From a virus (lineage: Duplodnaviria > Heunggongvirae > Uroviricota > Caudoviricetes), in the IMG/VR virus record IMGVR_UViG_3300042549_004104, positions 64,001 to 128,000 of that record: a stretch of DNA of 64,000 nucleotides; one strand, 5' to 3'. Under the pieces are notes generated by a model. It was given only the letters and a program-made list of their open reading frames with translations. It ran no database searches and was not told the origin of the DNA. This document shows positions 30,694 through 39,199 of this stretch, piece after piece; position 1 is the stretch's first letter, and each line of letters begins with the position of its first letter. A program made the position numbers and the translations under genes.

Positions 30694-33219
30694 TTACGCA
30701 CGGCTGTATGTCAATATTTCAGCTTGAATACTATTGTTATTACGTTGCTCACTTATTAAGGAATCCAATTTATTGCTAAACATATTAAACGCATCTGTTA
30801 ATTTAGATCCAGTATCACTCGTTATACCACCGGGTACTGTCTGAGTCATTAGTTCTTGCTTGTATTGTTCCAAACTAGTTTTCTGAACATCTTTCATTAC
30901 ATTGATTAAATCTTTTTCAAATTTTACATTTTCATTTTTCCCATGAAGCATAACCGGATAACCGGCATCTTTTTCACTAAACAATCCACCATGTTTACCG
31001 ACTTCACCAGAAAAATTTTCATTAGTCAAATTATTTGATTTAATTTTATTTTTGCTACTAAATGTATTAAATGCATCCGACAATTTAGACCATATATCAG
31101 TAGTTGTACCACTTGGCGATATTTGATCCATTAATTCGTCTTTGTATTTTTTTAAACTAGTTTTTTGAACATCTTTCATAAAAGTTGTTAGCTCTTTTTC
31201 AGGCCACACACTTTCATTTTTACCATGAAGCATAACTGGATATCCAGTATCTTTACCACTAAACAATCCACCTTGTCTAGCAACTTCAACGTGAAAGTGT
31301 CCACCTGTCCAACCACCTGATCTTTCTTTATACTCATTTTTAACGTAACTAGCACCTGTCATTCTTAATAGTTTAGCAATACGGTCACTTTCCTCACTAG
31401 TTGGATCGTATCCTAAACTAAAATCAAGTGCCTTTCCTACAAGATGTTTACTTTTTGAATTCTTGTCTCTACGGTCTTGGTGATATCGATCATTTAATGC
31501 AGTAAAGATAGCGTCAGGATACTCATCTTGAATTTTTTCTGCCATTGCCAAAAGAGCCGGGCTAGCTTCACCTCCGCCTGTTCTTTCAGCACGTTTGCCA
31601 CCAAAGTTTAATTTACTTAACACATCCTCTGAATTTCGACCTGCCATCGACGGAGCCAATGACTCTCCGGCTGCTTTACTTACATTTTGCTCTGGTTGGG
31701 ATAATCCAGATTTATCTGGTCTACTTGAAGAAGCGGATTCTTCAAAAAATTTACTTAAATTAGTAGGAGAAAGTCCTGGTATTATACCTTTACTTGACAT
31801 AAAATCAATAAAGTTTGCCATCATTTTAGCAAGAGCAGTTACGACAGTGTTTAATAAACCAAATACTGATACCAATCCCTTAGCTGCTTCTGCTAATAAT
31901 GCATCATACATTAAATTTTTTGCTCTATTTTGTTGTTCACTTTTTAAATTTGTTTCTGTTTGGTCTTCTTGCTTAACCATTGTCTCTATTATTGCTTTCA
32001 TTCTTTTGTCAAATTCTTTTTGATCTGTATTCGTTAATGCAAGTGCGGCATTAACCATTTCAGCATTAAAACCCATTTGTTTAAGTTGTCCTTCTGATAA
32101 TCTAAATGTAGTTGATAATGGCCCAAGACTAGCCATAGTATTTTTTGCAGTAGTAACAAGTCCTTCTTGAAAGAATGCCATTCCTTCTTTTTGAGCCCGC
32201 ATTGCTAATTCATATTCTTTATTACCACGTTGGTAACTGGCTGCGCCTGCTTCAGTTGTGATACTACCAAAATTTACAATTCTATCTTTTAATCCTGCGG
32301 CAGCTTCTGCTCCAAACGCTGCCTGATAAGCTACCATATATTGTTGAAGATTAGCTGCCTCATCTTTGTTCATTGTAGACAAATGTAGACTATATCGTGC
32401 ATCTGCCATTTGTGCATCTCTGAGTTTTTGTTGCTCGTCACGAGTCATTCCAGTAAGTTCTTGTAACCCTCTCATCTCAACAAGATATTTTTGACTTTCT
32501 TTTGTTAACTGTTCTGTTGTTTTTCCTTGAGCTTTACCCAATCTAGTTTGCATACTGATATAGTCTGCAACACCTTCACGTATAGTTTCGCTAGTATATC
32601 CAATACGGGTAAGCGATAATTCTAGTTGATTACCTTCACCTACAAAATTACTAACAACATCTAATAAAGCATTTTTTCCAGATGTTACACTGCCGCCAAA
32701 TTTTACTAAATCTTGTGAGATTGGTTTTAAAAAACTTGTTAATTTTTCATACTCAGAACTTATCAAACCAATACTACTTAAGTCAGCCTGTAAACCTTTT
32801 ATACCATCTTGAGTTATACTACCTAATTCACTTAAATCACGGAAACCTTTTAATAAATTATCATTTTGTTTAAGCGCACTATCTACAAAATCCCCGAATA
32901 CTTTTATTACTCCGCCTACTACAAATCCTAACTTACCAAAAGTTCCGGCAAAGTCACCTATAGCACCAGTGGCACTTGTAACTGAATCTCCAAATTTACC
33001 AAATCCATCGGTACCGCTGATAAGTGCTTTAGTAAAGTCTATACCACTTTTACCTAATTGCTCACCAAATTTCTTTAATCTATCTCCTGCTTCTTTGGCA
33101 GCTTTAGCTAATGCTAATTCTTCTTTTTGCGCTTCGGTTAGAGGTGCAACGGACGAGTTTATTAACTCAAAGAACTTGTTCATGTTCTCTATTTGTTCAG
33201 GGGTAAAAGAATCAGCCAT
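30694..33219 (-). CDS. Tape-measure/baseplate hub-like protein with peptidase M15-type domain
   Basis: Long helical Ala/Gly/Leu-rich N-terminal region; SKHLVGKALDF...GGHFHVE zinc motif; divergent from gp26/gp51. Confidence 0.65.
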   Translation of the reverse strand: MADSFTPEQIENMNKFFELINSSVAPLTEAQKEELALAKAAKEAGDRLKKFGEQLGKSGIDFTKALISGTDGFGKFGDSVTSATGAIGDFAGTFGKLGFVVGGVIKVFGDFVDSALKQNDNLLKGFRDLSELGSITQDGIKGLQADLSSIGLISSEYEKLTSFLKPISQDLVKFGGSVTSGKNALLDVVSNFVGEGNQLELSLTRIGYTSETIREGVADYISMQTRLGKAQGKTTEQLTKESQKYLVEMRGLQELTGMTRDEQQKLRDAQMADARYSLHLSTMNKDEAANLQQYMVAYQAAFGAEAAAGLKDRIVNFGSITTEAGAASYQRGNKEYELAMRAQKEGMAFFQEGLVTTAKNTMASLGPLSTTFRLSEGQLKQMGFNAEMVNAALALTNTDQKEFDKRMKAIIETMVKQEDQTETNLKSEQQNRAKNLMYDALLAEAAKGLVSVFGLLNTVVTALAKMMANFIDFMSSKGIIPGLSPTNLSKFFEESASSSRPDKSGLSQPEQNVSKAAGESLAPSMAGRNSEDVLSKLNFGGKRAERTGGGEASPALLAMAEKIQDEYPDAIFTALNDRYHQDRRDKNSKSKHLVGKALDFSLGYDPTSEESDRIAKLLRMTGASYVKNEYKERSGGWTGGHFHVEVARQGGLFSGKDTGYPVMLHGKNESVWPEKELTTFMKDVQKTSLKKYKDELMDQISPSGTTTDIWSKLSDAFNTFSSKNKIKSNNLTNENFSGEVGKHGGLFSEKDAGYPVMLHGKNENVKFEKDLINVMKDVQKTSLEQYKQELMTQTVPGGITSDTGSKLTDAFNMFSNKLDSLISEQRNNNSIQAEILTYSRA

Positions 33220-33229
33220 AGTTTAGGGA

Positions 33230-33255
33230 AATAAATAATTTACAATGTATTTAGT
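33230..33255. promoter_or_regulatory. Overlapping oppositely oriented late promoters: AATAAATA (+, 33230-33237) and ACTAAATA (-, 33248-33255)
   Basis: Both boxes lie in the 57-bp gap between the divergent tape-measure-like and gp26 genes. Confidence 0.55.
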
Positions 33256-33276
33256 CATTCAATTTTAGGAGTTTTA

Positions 33277-34101
33277 ATGTCAACTAATCCACTACAACAA
33301 TATTTCCGTCGTCCAGCTTTATATCTTAAATTACCTAGTCAAGGGGAAGGTTATCCTGAAAATAGCATAGAATTCCCTGAAAACGGTGAGTTAGCTATAT
33401 TTCCAATGACTGCAATTGATGAGATTACCGCACGTACACCGGACGCATTATTTAACGGGGTAGCAGTAATAGAAATCATCAAAAGTTGTGTACCATCAAT
33501 AAAAGATCCATGGCAAATCTTACAAATTGATCTAGACCCTATTTTGTTAGCAATCAAAATGGCTACTAATGGATCTACTATGGAATTTGATACTGTATGT
33601 CCATCATGCGAAGAACCTAATAAGTACGATATTAATTTAACACAATTATTAAATGAATATAAACCAGGGGAGTATAATACCCCACTAAAACTAGACCAAC
33701 TTTCATTGAAATTTTGTCCATTAAATTATAAACAAATTAATGAAACCAGTGTCATCCAATTTGAAATTCAACGTGCTTTACGCATTATACAAGACATGCC
33801 GGACGGTGATGAGAGAAATGCTAAATCAACTGAAGTTTTAAGAAAAATGAACCAAGTTACAATGGATATCATTGTTGAAACAATAGAATATATTTCTTCA
33901 CCGAATGGTATAGTATTGGATAAGAATTTTATTAAAGAATTTTTAGAAAATGTTGATGTAAAAACATTTGAAAAGATTAAAGATATCTCATTAGAATTAA
34001 AGAAATCAACAGATACAAAACCATTAAAATTCAAATGCATCAATTGTAGCCATGAATACGAACAACCTTTCAATGTGAACGTATCCGATTTTTTCGGATG
34101 A
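33277..34101 (+). CDS. gp26: Baseplate hub subunit (gp26-like)
   Basis: NPLQQYFRRP..YLKLPSQG, FPMTAIDEI, two CxxC pairs (CPSC, CINC), ends NVSDFFG. Confidence 0.85.
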   Translation: MSTNPLQQYFRRPALYLKLPSQGEGYPENSIEFPENGELAIFPMTAIDEITARTPDALFNGVAVIEIIKSCVPSIKDPWQILQIDLDPILLAIKMATNGSTMEFDTVCPSCEEPNKYDINLTQLLNEYKPGEYNTPLKLDQLSLKFCPLNYKQINETSVIQFEIQRALRIIQDMPDGDERNAKSTEVLRKMNQVTMDIIVETIEYISSPNGIVLDKNFIKEFLENVDVKTFEKIKDISLELKKSTDTKPLKFKCINCSHEYEQPFNVNVSDFFG

Positions 34102-34325
34102 AACTTCTTATACTTAACTCCGAAGCAGTTAAGAAGTGGTTGGATAATTTAGAGGAGGAAGTAAAAGATATTAAAGCAGGATGTTTAAAAATGTCTTGGT
34201 TTATGAGGGGCGGAGTTAGTTATGTTGATATACTTAACATGAGTACCGATGAAAGAAAAACCATTAATAAAATTATTGAAGAAAATCTAGAAACTACAAA
34301 AACTAGTAGAATGCCATTCTTCTAA
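34098..34325 (+). CDS. gp51: Baseplate hub assembly protein (gp51-like)
   Basis: Small protein ATGA-coupled to gp26; SWFMRGGVSY.DILNMS..ER. Confidence 0.65.
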   Translation: MKLLILNSEAVKKWLDNLEEEVKDIKAGCLKMSWFMRGGVSYVDILNMSTDERKTINKIIEENLETTKTSRMPFF

Positions 34326-34351
34326 TCCGTTATTATTCATTTGCATACAAT

Positions 34352-34371
34352 TAGGGTTATTACCTTATTTT
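34352..34371 (+). terminator. Possible weak terminator after gp51
   Basis: TAGGGT-TATT-ACCTTA followed by TTTT. Confidence 0.35.
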
Positions 34372-34379
34372 CATTTAAT

Positions 34380-34422
34380 AGATGAACTTCGTTCATCTCA
34401 GAACTCGCTATTGCTCGTTCTG
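34380..34422. other. Two abutting hairpins (C-GAA-G triloop and tandem G.A mismatches on the minus strand)
   Basis: agatgaac-ttc-gttcatct (34380-34398) and cagaactcgc-tatt-gctcgttctg (34399-34422). Confidence 0.6.
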
Positions 34423-34477
34423 GATTGTATTGTTTTTATTCTTATCTAGATTTTTAATTTTGTTTATTAAGGAATAT

Positions 34478-34840
34478 ATTGCCGCTTAGAAGCCATGGTA
34501 GTGCAAATTTGCACTACCAATGGTTAAGGTCATTTGCCATGCCCGTCATCCTTAGCTATCTATTCCCCAGTTAATCACCGTTTTTATGATATTAACTGTC
34601 ACCGGTTGTCCTGTAAATTGTTATGGGACTGTAGTGAGACTATCAAGTTTATTTCAACTGACGCCTCGACAACGCATGTTACATACCCGCAAGATAGAAT
34701 TAGATATGTACTCATTGTAGGTTCCCTAGAAAGATTGCCTACTCGGTGTTCCTATGTTATTGCTAACATACATACTCCAGAATCTAACGGCACAGCACAA
34801 TCTGTACAATCTCAAGGAGGACTGACAACTCAGCCAACGA
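34478..34840 (-). ncRNA. Candidate large structured non-coding RNA (~360 nt), family unrecognised
   Basis: At least 8 local stems and 3-4 long-range pairings; the wobble positions read as G-U on the minus strand; GCAA tetraloop; GC-richer than its flanks; largest intergenic gap in the window. Confidence 0.65.
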
Positions 34841-34849
34841 ATTTTTATA

Positions 34850-35407
34850 TTATGTTGTTTCTAAAGTTATTATTTTTGGTTTTGACGTGGTGTCTGTTGA
34901 TAAACCTGAGTATAATTTTACTAAGTCTTTGTTTTGTTTGAAGAAGGTTTCGAACTCTGTTAGATACCAATCACCATACTTCTTACTTCCATAAAATATG
35001 TAATTATCCATAATCCATGTAAATTTAGGTTGTACAGCAACATAACGACCCTTACGATTAAACTTCATAAAAAGAATATTTAAATCATTTGAATCTTCTA
35101 CATCTAACAGTTGTCCAATCCACGAATCAAGTTGTTTGCATTCACCTGTAAGTATTAGGTGAAAAGGAAAGTCCGCATAGAACTTACACTCTGCATTCAT
35201 TTTGCTGAAACTCTGTCCCGGAACAATATCGCCCTTAAAAGAACGAATCTGTCCCTCATGTAAGAATTGAGTTCTGGCTTGATTCTTGCCACCCACATAT
35301 GCACCGGATCCAGGAGCACGAATGAAACTTTCACCGTACAATTCTGATAGAAATTTTGCAATTTCCCGTTCAAAACCTGAACCTTTATTCTTTTGTGGAC
35401 TTGACAT
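34850..35407 (-). CDS. Holliday junction resolvase, Hjc-like PD-(D/E)xK nuclease
   Basis: KNKGSGFEREIAK.L...F.RAPGSGA...GDI......ECK.Y; directly downstream of gp46. Confidence 0.8.
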   Translation of the reverse strand: MSSPQKNKGSGFEREIAKFLSELYGESFIRAPGSGAYVGGKNQARTQFLHEGQIRSFKGDIVPGQSFSKMNAECKFYADFPFHLILTGECKQLDSWIGQLLDVEDSNDLNILFMKFNRKGRYVAVQPKFTWIMDNYIFYGSKKYGDWYLTEFETFFKQNKDLVKLYSGLSTDTTSKPKIITLETT

Positions 35408-35412
35408 ACTGT

Positions 35413-35420
35413 TACTTATC
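35413..35420 (-). promoter_or_regulatory. Late promoter variant GATAAGTA (predicted leaderless)
   Basis: 5 nt from the ATG at 35407; no SD. Confidence 0.5.
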
Positions 35421-35439
35421 TGTAATTTACCATTGTGAA

Positions 35440-37512
35440 TTATTCTATATCAACTGCTGTATTGTATGTAGTAAAACCATTTTCTTTTACCACTTTTAAT
35501 ACGCTAGGAACACGACCGGCTAATTCTTCTCTATGACTAACAAGCCAAATAGATTTCTGTCGCTTACGTGACATATCTTTAAGAATAGCAATAGCATTCT
35601 CAACACCCATTGTGTCTAATCCTGAATCAATTAATTCATCAATAAATAACGTATTAATAGGTGAATATAAGTTCTCCCATACATCACGGAAAGCAAAACT
35701 TAATCCAAGAATCAATCTATTACGTTCACCACGACTTAAATTGTCAAAGTCAAGTTCGCGGCCCAACTCTGTAATTTCAACTTCTAAATCATTTTTAAAA
35801 ATAACTTGATGAGGTAACCCAATCTTATCTAAGTAATGTGTCAATCTACCGTTCAAGTAACTTAAGTTCTGGTCAATAATCTTCTTACGAACAAAACTAT
35901 CTTTACTAGTCAAAATATCTAACAAGAACTTCTGATGTTCCATAGTCTTAGTTAGTTTGTTAATTGCTTCAAAGTCAATTGCTTGCAATGCGTTTGATTC
36001 CATTTCTGTCACTTGTTCTGCATACGGATCAGATTCAGCAGCCTTTGTTTCAATCTGTTGTAACAGCCCAGACACTTTACTACGATGTTCAATTGCTTGT
36101 GTTTCAGTGTCATAATGTGTAACTGGCATCGGACCTAATGTAACTACTGTTAACTCTTTGAGTTGTTCAGCATAGGGGTCAGACTCTTTTTCTTTTTCAA
36201 GTATCTTTGTACGAATGTTTTCTGCATCACTGCCATGACGAATTGCCTCAGCTTCTGTTTTGTAATGCGTTTTGGGCTTATCACCTAACTCAATAACTTT
36301 ATCAGTTTGTTCTTTTAATTGTCGTTCTAACATATTTGCATGAACTGTAGATTCAATTAATAATTGTTCTTTATCAGCCAACACAGTAGCATGTTGTTCA
36401 TCATGGAAATCTTGTCCACACGCATAACATGTATGATTTTGTAATGTAGCAACCTCTGTAGTCAGTTTAGTTATTAATTTTTTCTCTTTGTCTAAATCTT
36501 TTGTTAACCTAGTAATTTCTTTGTCTCGGTCAATAAGTTCTTTTGATTTTATATTATATTCGGCTAAAGCACGATGTGCTAAAATTTCTTGAACAATATC
36601 AATGTGGCTCAACTTAAGAACACTATCTTCTAAGTCATACAAATCTTTATCTTGTTTTTGTTTCCAAGCAGTTTGTCTAGCCGATAAAGCAGTGTATGTA
36701 TCTTGTTGTTTTTTCTTTTCGTTCCAAATAACTAATTCTTTGTGCGCTAGTAATTCTTTTCCAATGTCAATTTTTATAAGGTCTTCATATTGAGATGCTA
36801 GATAAGCCAAATCACTTTCATGTTTCTTTTGCCAAAGACCTTGTCTACGCTTAAAACTTTCAATTTGTTCTTTGACTCGTTTATTGGCTTCTTCAATGGC
36901 TTTGACTTTAAATTCTTCTGCTTGTATATCGTCTTTTGTATTTTTAAGTAGAGTTTTGATAACCTCTGCTTTTTCTGATAACAAAGTAATACCCAACAAC
37001 TGCTCAATAATTTCACGTTGTTCATTGTTCTTTAATGCTAAAAACGGTTCTGAATATGTATTCAATGCTACGATATGGCGGAACATGCTACTGGACATGC
37101 ACAATACTTTTTCAATTTGTGCTTGTGTTTCTTTGTTCTCACCCTGTGCATCATCTGTGCCTTTTTGTAAATCACTGTTTACATAAAATCTTAATAAGTT
37201 TGGCTTACGACCACGCTCAATCTTATAATCAATACCACCTACACTAAATTCAAGTGTAACTAACATGCCTTTGGCATTTGTACGATTAACTAAATTATCT
37301 TTTCTGATTGAGTTAATAGGTACACCAAATAATGCATAACTTAAGCCTTGAATAAGACTCGTTTTACCTGTACCATTACGAGCACCATCACCACCTAAGT
37401 CTAAGTTCTCACCCAGAATAAGTGTTAAGTCTTGTCGATTAAAGTCAACTGCTTGCGTTACTTGTCCGATACTCAAAAAATTACGTAGGGTAATATTCTT
37501 CAATAAAATCAT
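35440..37512 (-). CDS. gp46: Recombination ATPase subunit (gp46, Rad50/SbcC-like)
   Basis: Walker A NGTGKT, zinc hook CYACG, signature LSRGE, Walker B LFIDE, H-loop VSH. Confidence 0.95.
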   Translation of the reverse strand: MILLKNITLRNFLSIGQVTQAVDFNRQDLTLILGENLDLGGDGARNGTGKTSLIQGLSYALFGVPINSIRKDNLVNRTNAKGMLVTLEFSVGGIDYKIERGRKPNLLRFYVNSDLQKGTDDAQGENKETQAQIEKVLCMSSSMFRHIVALNTYSEPFLALKNNEQREIIEQLLGITLLSEKAEVIKTLLKNTKDDIQAEEFKVKAIEEANKRVKEQIESFKRRQGLWQKKHESDLAYLASQYEDLIKIDIGKELLAHKELVIWNEKKKQQDTYTALSARQTAWKQKQDKDLYDLEDSVLKLSHIDIVQEILAHRALAEYNIKSKELIDRDKEITRLTKDLDKEKKLITKLTTEVATLQNHTCYACGQDFHDEQHATVLADKEQLLIESTVHANMLERQLKEQTDKVIELGDKPKTHYKTEAEAIRHGSDAENIRTKILEKEKESDPYAEQLKELTVVTLGPMPVTHYDTETQAIEHRSKVSGLLQQIETKAAESDPYAEQVTEMESNALQAIDFEAINKLTKTMEHQKFLLDILTSKDSFVRKKIIDQNLSYLNGRLTHYLDKIGLPHQVIFKNDLEVEITELGRELDFDNLSRGERNRLILGLSFAFRDVWENLYSPINTLFIDELIDSGLDTMGVENAIAILKDMSRKRQKSIWLVSHREELAGRVPSVLKVVKENGFTTYNTAVDIE

Positions 37513-38522
37513 AAGTTGTTGTAAATCTCTAGTAAAATCTTTTTGTCAAACGTATTTGACTCAATACTGTTAATTTGGTCAATGACGATTTGGTCAACAC
37601 TTTCAAACTTTAAGCCACCGTTAGCAGTTTGTTCTATTTGTTCAACCTTCATAGGTATCAATGCCATTTCACGTAGTTTATGTTCTGGAATAAGTGTTTC
37701 CCGAATAAAGTTTGCTTCTTCATAACTGATATCAATGTCAAGATGAACTCTAACATGACTGTCAGTTAATAGCAAGCCCTTAGGATTTTCTAATATGTCA
37801 CTGAGTTTGTAAACTCTGAATAATGGTTGATTTGGCCAACTATGGAATACAGGATCACTTCCCCATTCTAATATCATCATGCCTCTAGCATCATCACCTG
37901 CATCAGCATAGTTATGTGGGAAAGCATTACCGATATACCATATGTTTTTCTTTGCTTGTCGTTTATGAAAGTGACCGCTGAATGTCATTTCAAATCCATT
38001 AAAGTGGTCAGCACTAATCTCCCCGTGATCGGGCATCTCTACCATAGCATTCATAAAAAAGTTAGGTAATTCAAAATGTCCGAACATATACTTGCCCTTT
38101 AGTTTTTGAATCTTTTTATAATCATCTTGCACAAGCCATGGAGCAATAACTACATCGCCCTCATTGAACCAATCGTTAACAATTGTAATGTTAGGTAAAT
38201 GTTTAGCCCATTCAACACTGTGAATATCTCGTCTATCACGATAATATAAGTCGTGGTTACCGGGTATGAAAAATACCCGATCAAATGCGGCACTTAATTT
38301 CTCAAGTGCTTGTAATCCAAATTGTAATGTATGAATATTAATACTAGCGCGGTGATGATTATAATCACCTAAGAACAAACAAGTTTCACAACCCTCTTGT
38401 TTTGCTTTCTCAATAAACCAGTCTACGAAATTAATACAATCTTGGTTGTGTTGTAAACTGTTGCTCTTTAAACCAAAATGAATGTCTGTAAATACTGCGG
38501 CTTTTTTAAAAAGATTAATCAT
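37509..38522 (-). CDS. gp47: Recombination nuclease subunit (gp47, Mre11/SbcD-like)
   Basis: Metallophosphoesterase motifs TDIHFG, LGD, GNHD, GHF, SGHFH. Confidence 0.95.
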   Translation of the reverse strand: MINLFKKAAVFTDIHFGLKSNSLQHNQDCINFVDWFIEKAKQEGCETCLFLGDYNHHRASINIHTLQFGLQALEKLSAAFDRVFFIPGNHDLYYRDRRDIHSVEWAKHLPNITIVNDWFNEGDVVIAPWLVQDDYKKIQKLKGKYMFGHFELPNFFMNAMVEMPDHGEISADHFNGFEMTFSGHFHKRQAKKNIWYIGNAFPHNYADAGDDARGMMILEWGSDPVFHSWPNQPLFRVYKLSDILENPKGLLLTDSHVRVHLDIDISYEEANFIRETLIPEHKLREMALIPMKVEQIEQTANGGLKFESVDQIVIDQINSIESNTFDKKILLEIYNNL

Positions 38523-38528
38523 CTATCA

Positions 38529-38557
38529 ATAATAACATTTATTGTTTGGTATTTCAA
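38529..38557 (-). promoter_or_regulatory. Sigma70-like promoter for gp47 (TTGAAA-N17-TATTAT, extended -10), predicted leaderless
   Basis: -35 at 38557-38552, -10 at 38534-38529; the ATG begins at the 7th nt after the -10. Confidence 0.6.
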
Positions 38558-38561
38558 GTTA

Positions 38562-39194
38562 TTAGGTTGCCGTAGTAAGTTCAAATAACTTTTCTGCCAC
38601 ACCCTGAATTGTTTTTTGTCCCCAGTGATGTCCGTCGGGCGCCCTATCTGACATGTATGAAGCTCTATACCATTCAAAATCAGTTTTGCAAATATCACTG
38701 TTTTCTGGAAGATGTGACCATTCGTATAAAGGTATGTTATATAGTTTCCATAATAAACGATAACCTCTAACTAAATTTAAATTATGTTTTCTACTGTTGC
38801 CATCGGATATCCATTTTAAAAATTCTTCTTCTGACCATCCACCTTTGTGTGATGGAATGTCATTTGAGTAAAGTGTATATCGTTCTAAATTAGGATAAAC
38901 AATGAAAACTCCTTTAGGTTTTATATTCTGTTCTAATATATCAAGTGTGTTAATATATTGAATATCCATTCCCGCCCCAGGAACACCTAAATTTATTACT
39001 GGAGCATTTAATAATTCGGATAAGTAAAAGGATACAATTTTGTTGTTATCCATAGTACTTTCTCCGAATACTTGGCTACACCCTTGAATAATATAACTGT
39101 TAGCCCAATCAACTTGGTTAAACTCAACCGAACGATAACCCAATGAATTAACATCATATCCAGCAGTGTCTATTGAATATTTGATATCAATCAC
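38562..39194 (-). CDS. SGNH/GDSL hydrolase-like protein
   Basis: GCSQVFG (block I-like), INLGVPGAG (block II), DGHHWG (DxxH). The start codon is uncertain. Confidence 0.55.
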   Translation of the reverse strand: MIDIKYSIDTAGYDVNSLGYRSVEFNQVDWANSYIIQGCSQVFGESTMDNNKIVSFYLSELLNAPVINLGVPGAGMDIQYINTLDILEQNIKPKGVFIVYPNLERYTLYSNDIPSHKGGWSEEEFLKWISDGNSRKHNLNLVRGYRLLWKLYNIPLYEWSHLPENSDICKTDFEWYRASYMSDRAPDGHHWGQKTIQGVAEKLFELTTAT

Positions 39195-39199
39195 TAAGT

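Noticed and set aside
1433-33226. Many 60-211 aa plus-strand ORFs opposite the minus-strand genes (similar shadows occur on the minus strand beyond 43 kb)
   Set aside because: Nested antisense to well-supported genes; explained by codon bias and lacking RBS or motifs.
34478-34570. Resemblance to the RNase P RNA 3' end (AGAUAG...CAUGGCUU)
   Set aside because: The essential 5' GAGGAAAGUCC partner of helix P4 is absent.
34620-34645. Group I intron-like words (CUACAGUCCC on minus; GAGACUA on plus)
   Set aside because: The R- and S-like words are on opposite strands, no P7 can form, and no interrupted gene flanks the element.
34534-34941. 135-aa plus-strand ORF over the structured intergenic region
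   Set aside because: No SD, atypical composition, overlaps the resolvase gene antisense; the minus-strand G-U pairing pattern is better explained by an RNA.
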